Shown here: piece after piece, positions 60,776-64,000 of the stretch
Layout of the letters: the number at the start of each line of letters is the position of its first letter
Position numbering within the stretch: position 1 is the stretch's first letter
Origin: an uncultured Actinomycetota bacterium
GTDB lineage: Bacteria; Actinomycetota; Actinomycetes; Mycobacteriales; Mycobacteriaceae
Assembly (NCBI GenBank): GCA_963732835.1
Contig: CAVTBA010000029.1
Coordinates: forward strand, 2,964-66,963
Length of the DNA stretch: 64,000 nt
Direction: 5' to 3'
The notes under the pieces: model-generated
What the model saw: the letters and a program-made list of their open reading frames with translations, nothing else
What the model was told of the DNA's origin: nothing
The model's database searches: none
Made by a program: the position numbers and the translations under genes

Positions 60776-62295
60776 CGGCCGGATCGACGCGGACGCCGTC
60801 CCTGCAGCGCCGGGTGACGCTGGTGGTGGTGGCGTTGCTGACCATGCTCCTGGTGGTGCTCGGCGTCACCATCGACATCAGCCTGGGCGTTCTCGCCCGC
60901 AGGAATCTGCACGACCGGCTGCTCGCGGCCGCCTCGCGCGCCGAGGCGCTCGACGCCGCGCACACCCCGCCCGATCTGCTGGCCGCCGAACTCAACGGCG
61001 GCGGGGTGCGCGCGCTGCTCGTCACCGCCGACGGCGCCACCTACGGCGATCGCGGGATCAGGCCCGACACCGTCGCCGGTCCGGTGGCCCCGCCGCCCTT
61101 TCCGCCCCCGCCGCCTTTTGCGCCACCCCCGCCGTTCGCGCCGCCGCCGCCGTTCGCACCCGGCCAGCACTTCCCGCCGCCCGGCGTGCCGCCCTGGCCG
61201 CCGCCGCCCCCGCCGCCCCCGCCGGACGCCACCGCGACGGCCGTGGTGCGTCCGCTGCCGGATGGCGCCCGGGTGATCCTGGTCGCCGACACCACGCAAA
61301 CCACGCAGGTGACGCACCAGCTGCGTCTGCTGATGATCGGGGCGGGCGTGGTGACCCTGCTGGCGGCCGCGCTGTTGTTGGTGGCGGTCAGCAGGGTGGC
61401 GTTGCGCCCGCTGGACCGGCTGACGGCGCTGGCCAATGACATCCGGACGGGTGATCGCGGGCGGCGGCTGCGCCCGGACCGGGCCGAAACCGAATTGGGG
61501 CGGGCCGCAAGCGCTTTCGACGGGATGCTGGACGCTTTGGAGGCGTCCGAACGCCGGGCGCAGCGGGCCGCCGACGCCGCCCAGCGCGCCGAGACGGCGA
61601 CCCGGCGCTTCCTGGTCGACGCCGCCCACGAGCTGCGCACCCCGATCGCGGGGATTCAGGTCGCCGCCGAGCAGCTCGCCAACAGCGCCTCCCAGCGGCA
61701 AGACGACGACGCGGCAGACGGTCAATATCGCCGGGCCAGCCTGTTGCTATCCGACGCCCGACGCGCCGGGCGGCTCGTCTCGGACATGCTGGATCTGAGT
61801 CGCATCGACGCCGGGCTGCCGTTGGACACCCGTCACGTCGACCTGGCCGCGATCGCCGACGGCGAAGCCGACCGAGCCGCGATGCTGGCGCCGCAACTCA
61901 CCATCAGTCGCACGGGGGCGGCCAAAGTGATTGTCGACGCCGACCCCATCCGGCTCGCGCAGATCCTGTCCAATCTGCTGGATAACGCCCGCCGCTACAC
62001 CCCGCCCGGAGGCGCCATCACGGTCGACGTCCACGTGCACGACGAGACCGCCCAGGTGACCGTCACCGACAGCGGCCCCGGCATTCCCGACGCCGAGCGG
62101 GAGCGGATCTTCGAGCGCCTGGTGCGCCTGGACGCCGGGCGCGCCCGCGATCACGGGGGCGCCGGGCTGGGCCTGCCGATCGCCCGGGCGCTGGCGCGTG
62201 CCCACGGTGGCGAGCTGGTCTGTTTGCCGCACGACGGCGGCGCCGCGTTCCGGCTCACCCTTCCGCTCGATGCAGCGGTTGACGGGAACCGGTGA
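60772..62295 (+). CDS. HAMP sensor histidine kinase with Pro-rich extracytoplasmic region
   Basis: Two TMs, HAMP, HELRTP, NLLDNA, DSGPGI, GAGLGL. Confidence 0.95.
   Translation: MTAGSTRTPSLQRRVTLVVVALLTMLLVVLGVTIDISLGVLARRNLHDRLLAAASRAEALDAAHTPPDLLAAELNGGGVRALLVTADGATYGDRGIRPDTVAGPVAPPPFPPPPPFAPPPPFAPPPPFAPGQHFPPPGVPPWPPPPPPPPPDATATAVVRPLPDGARVILVADTTQTTQVTHQLRLLMIGAGVVTLLAAALLLVAVSRVALRPLDRLTALANDIRTGDRGRRLRPDRAETELGRAASAFDGMLDALEASERRAQRAADAAQRAETATRRFLVDAAHELRTPIAGIQVAAEQLANSASQRQDDDAADGQYRRASLLLSDARRAGRLVSDMLDLSRIDAGLPLDTRHVDLAAIADGEADRAAMLAPQLTISRTGAAKVIVDADPIRLAQILSNLLDNARRYTPPGGAITVDVHVHDETAQVTVTDSGPGIPDAERERIFERLVRLDAGRARDHGGAGLGLPIARALARAHGGELVCLPHDGGAAFRLTLPLDAAVDGNR
61088..61225 (+). 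repeat. Degenerate 18-bp coding repeat (PPPPFA units) and poly-Pro
   Basis: APPPFPPPPPFAPPPPFAPPPPFAPG...PPPPPPPP. Confidence 0.85.
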
Positions 62296-62347
62296 GCGGT
62301 GACCGCCCCACGGGAGGCGGCCACCGCTCGTCGCGGCTAGCCCAGGG

Positions 62348-62605
62348 TCAGAATCCCGGCGGCGGTGGCCGGAACGGTCCGCCCGGCCCTGGCGGCGGCG
62401 GCCCAACTGGTCCGCCTGGTCCGCCCGGTCCCGGCGGCCCGCCAAACGGTCCACCGGGCGGATGCGGCGGTCCCGGCTGACCCGGTGGCGGTGGTGGCGG
62501 CGGATCTGCACTCGCCACCCCGACACCGAAGCCGGCCACGGCCGCCCCAAGGGCGCCCGCGAGCAGCGAACCTGCGATGAGTTGCTTGATCTTCACTCGG
62601 CCCAT
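62348..62605 (-). CDS. Small secreted Pro/Gly-rich protein
   Basis: Signal peptide ending ASA-DP; mature part is almost all Pro/Gly. Confidence 0.75.
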   Translation of the reverse strand: MGRVKIKQLIAGSLLAGALGAAVAGFGVGVASADPPPPPPPGQPGPPHPPGGPFGGPPGPGGPGGPVGPPPPGPGGPFRPPPPGF

Positions 62606-62690
62606 CTCTCCTGTCTGTCGGCGGTCATTCACCCGATGCGGTGCGCAATTGCGCCACGCGCGCCGCAGGGCCCGACGGTAGGAAGTCAGC

Positions 62691-62707
62691 CTGAAGCCGA
62701 CCTGAAG
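62691..62707 (-). promoter_or_regulatory. Perfect tandem box CTTCAG-N5-CTTCAG
   Basis: ctgaag at 62691 and 62702; TACCGT -10-like hexamer 10 nt downstream on the minus strand. Confidence 0.65.
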
Positions 62708-62728
62708 AAGGCGGCGCGAGGCGAAGTG

Positions 62729-63520
62729 TCAGCCGGACGCGCTCGCCGCGGTCACGGCGGTGAGTCGCCACTTGTCCAGCCAGGGCTGGACGAGCTCGGC
62801 GACCGAGAACCTGGCTGGGACAGAACATCCGGGCTTGGGAGTGTGGGGGTCGCCCCCGCGGATGAGGATGCCGACGGCGCGGACGGTGCCGTCGGCTTGA
62901 TTGAGATATACGGGGCCGCCGGAATCGCCGCATTGGCTGGGCGCCAAGAACACGACCTTGCTGTCGGTGATTTCCGTGATCTGTCCGCAGGCGGCTTCGC
63001 CGGAGCCCATGCCGAATTTGCAGAGTTGCTGGCCGCTCTGCAGGTTGGTGGCGACGCCGGAGACCGGCAGGGAGGCCCCGATGGCCGGATTCTGGGGAAT
63101 GTTGTCCCCGTCGAGCGCGATCAGGCCGATGTCGTGCTGCTCGTCGTGCACTCCCTCGCTGACCGTCTGGCTGAACGTGCCCAGCGTCGCGTAGGGGAGG
63201 ATCCCGCCCAGGTTCATCGTCACCTTGCTGGCCTCGCCGGGGCGGTTGCAGTGGCCGGCGGTGAGGATACCGGGCTGGCCGTTGCTGGTGCGCACCAAAA
63301 ACCCAGCGGTGCAACCCATTCCGCCCGACCCGTCGGCGTACTGGACGTAAATGCCCGCGCCGGGTCCGACGGCGCTCGACGCGGGCAGGTCGATCGGCGA
63401 CAGGAGCGGCGGCGGGGTGGTTTCGTGGGTCGGGTCGGTGTTTTTGGGCAGCATGCCGACGGCTGCGAGGAAGGCGGCGGCGCAAAACAGTGACGCGATC
63501 ACCAACAACGCGGAATGCAT
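62729..63520 (-). CDS. Membrane-anchored or exported S1 (trypsin-like) serine protease
   Basis: TAGHC, HDIG, GDSGGP catalytic triad; hydrophobic N-terminus. Confidence 0.88.
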   Translation of the reverse strand: MHSALLVIASLFCAAAFLAAVGMLPKNTDPTHETTPPPLLSPIDLPASSAVGPGAGIYVQYADGSGGMGCTAGFLVRTSNGQPGILTAGHCNRPGEASKVTMNLGGILPYATLGTFSQTVSEGVHDEQHDIGLIALDGDNIPQNPAIGASLPVSGVATNLQSGQQLCKFGMGSGEAACGQITEITDSKVVFLAPSQCGDSGGPVYLNQADGTVRAVGILIRGGDPHTPKPGCSVPARFSVAELVQPWLDKWRLTAVTAASASG

Positions 63521-63662
63521 CCTGGAACGTTGCGGCGGGTACGACACGTGGGTTCCGGCCAACACCCCCCCTTTGAGCGCGATGCCGGTAAGTCTGCAAG
63601 CCCCAGCTTGCCAGCTTTCGACCCGCAATCGTCGCGATTGGTCAGATCGACCGCACGGCCGA

Positions 63663-64000
63663 TCAGCTGATGGTGGCCGGCTCGGGGGAGGGCTCGTCGC
63701 CGGCGGGACTGTGCGCGCGGTGATGGTGCCGGCGGTAGTGGCGGATCTCGATGACCAAGCCCGTCAGACCGAGGGTCGCCGTGCACAGCGACACCAGGAA
63801 CAGCAGCGAGCTGGGGTGCCCGGCGAGCGCGTCGCCGAGGATAACGACGGCGGCCGTGCCGGGCAGCAGGCCGCCCAACGTGGCGAGCGTGTACGGCAGC
63901 ACGCGGACCGTCGACGCCCCGGCGGCGTAGTTGATCGCCGAGAACGGCACGGCGGGAATCAGCCGCAGCGACAAGATCGCCAGCCAGCCCCGCTGCCGCA
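63663..64000 (-). CDS. TVP38/TMEM64 (DedA/VTT) protein, C-terminal part (Rv1491c-like)
   Basis: LRLIPAVPFSAINYAAG; runs off the window. Confidence 0.85.
   Translation of the reverse strand, partial: RQRGWLAILSLRLIPAVPFSAINYAAGASTVRVLPYTLATLGGLLPGTAAVVILGDALAGHPSSLLFLVSLCTATLGLTGLVIEIRHYRRHHHRAHSPAGDEPSPEPATIS

Overview
High-GC mycobacterial chromosome segment, probably from a slow-growing non-tuberculous species (it carries ppc and lacks the PE_PGRS genes found here in M. tuberculosis). It is syntenic with Rv1432-Rv1491c: gap-pgk-tpiA, secG, ppc, pgl-opcA-zwf-tal-tkt, ctaB/qor/ctaA, an ABC exporter, mptB, the suf operon (SufB without intein), fadE15, trxB1, echA12, ABC-F, acnR-acn (clustered indels, probably sequencing errors), ripA-ripB, moxR1-DUF58-vWA, fabG1-inhA-hemZ and NfeD-SPFH-DoxX. 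Main find: two IS110-family elements are nested, not tandem. The inner element (56431-57889) sits at a CT core inside the bridge-RNA region of the outer element (55093-58051), between its target- and donor-binding loops. All eight predicted guide segments can be read by eye, and the inner target guides match the outer element's bridge-RNA DNA, which suggests an IS110 programmed to target another IS110. Second find: an accessory two-component locus with a proline-rich sensor and Pro/Gly-rich neighbours, whose three promoters share an 11-bp-period CTTCAG-type repeat exactly 10 nt upstream of a -10 box. All homology calls are from recognition, not database searches.
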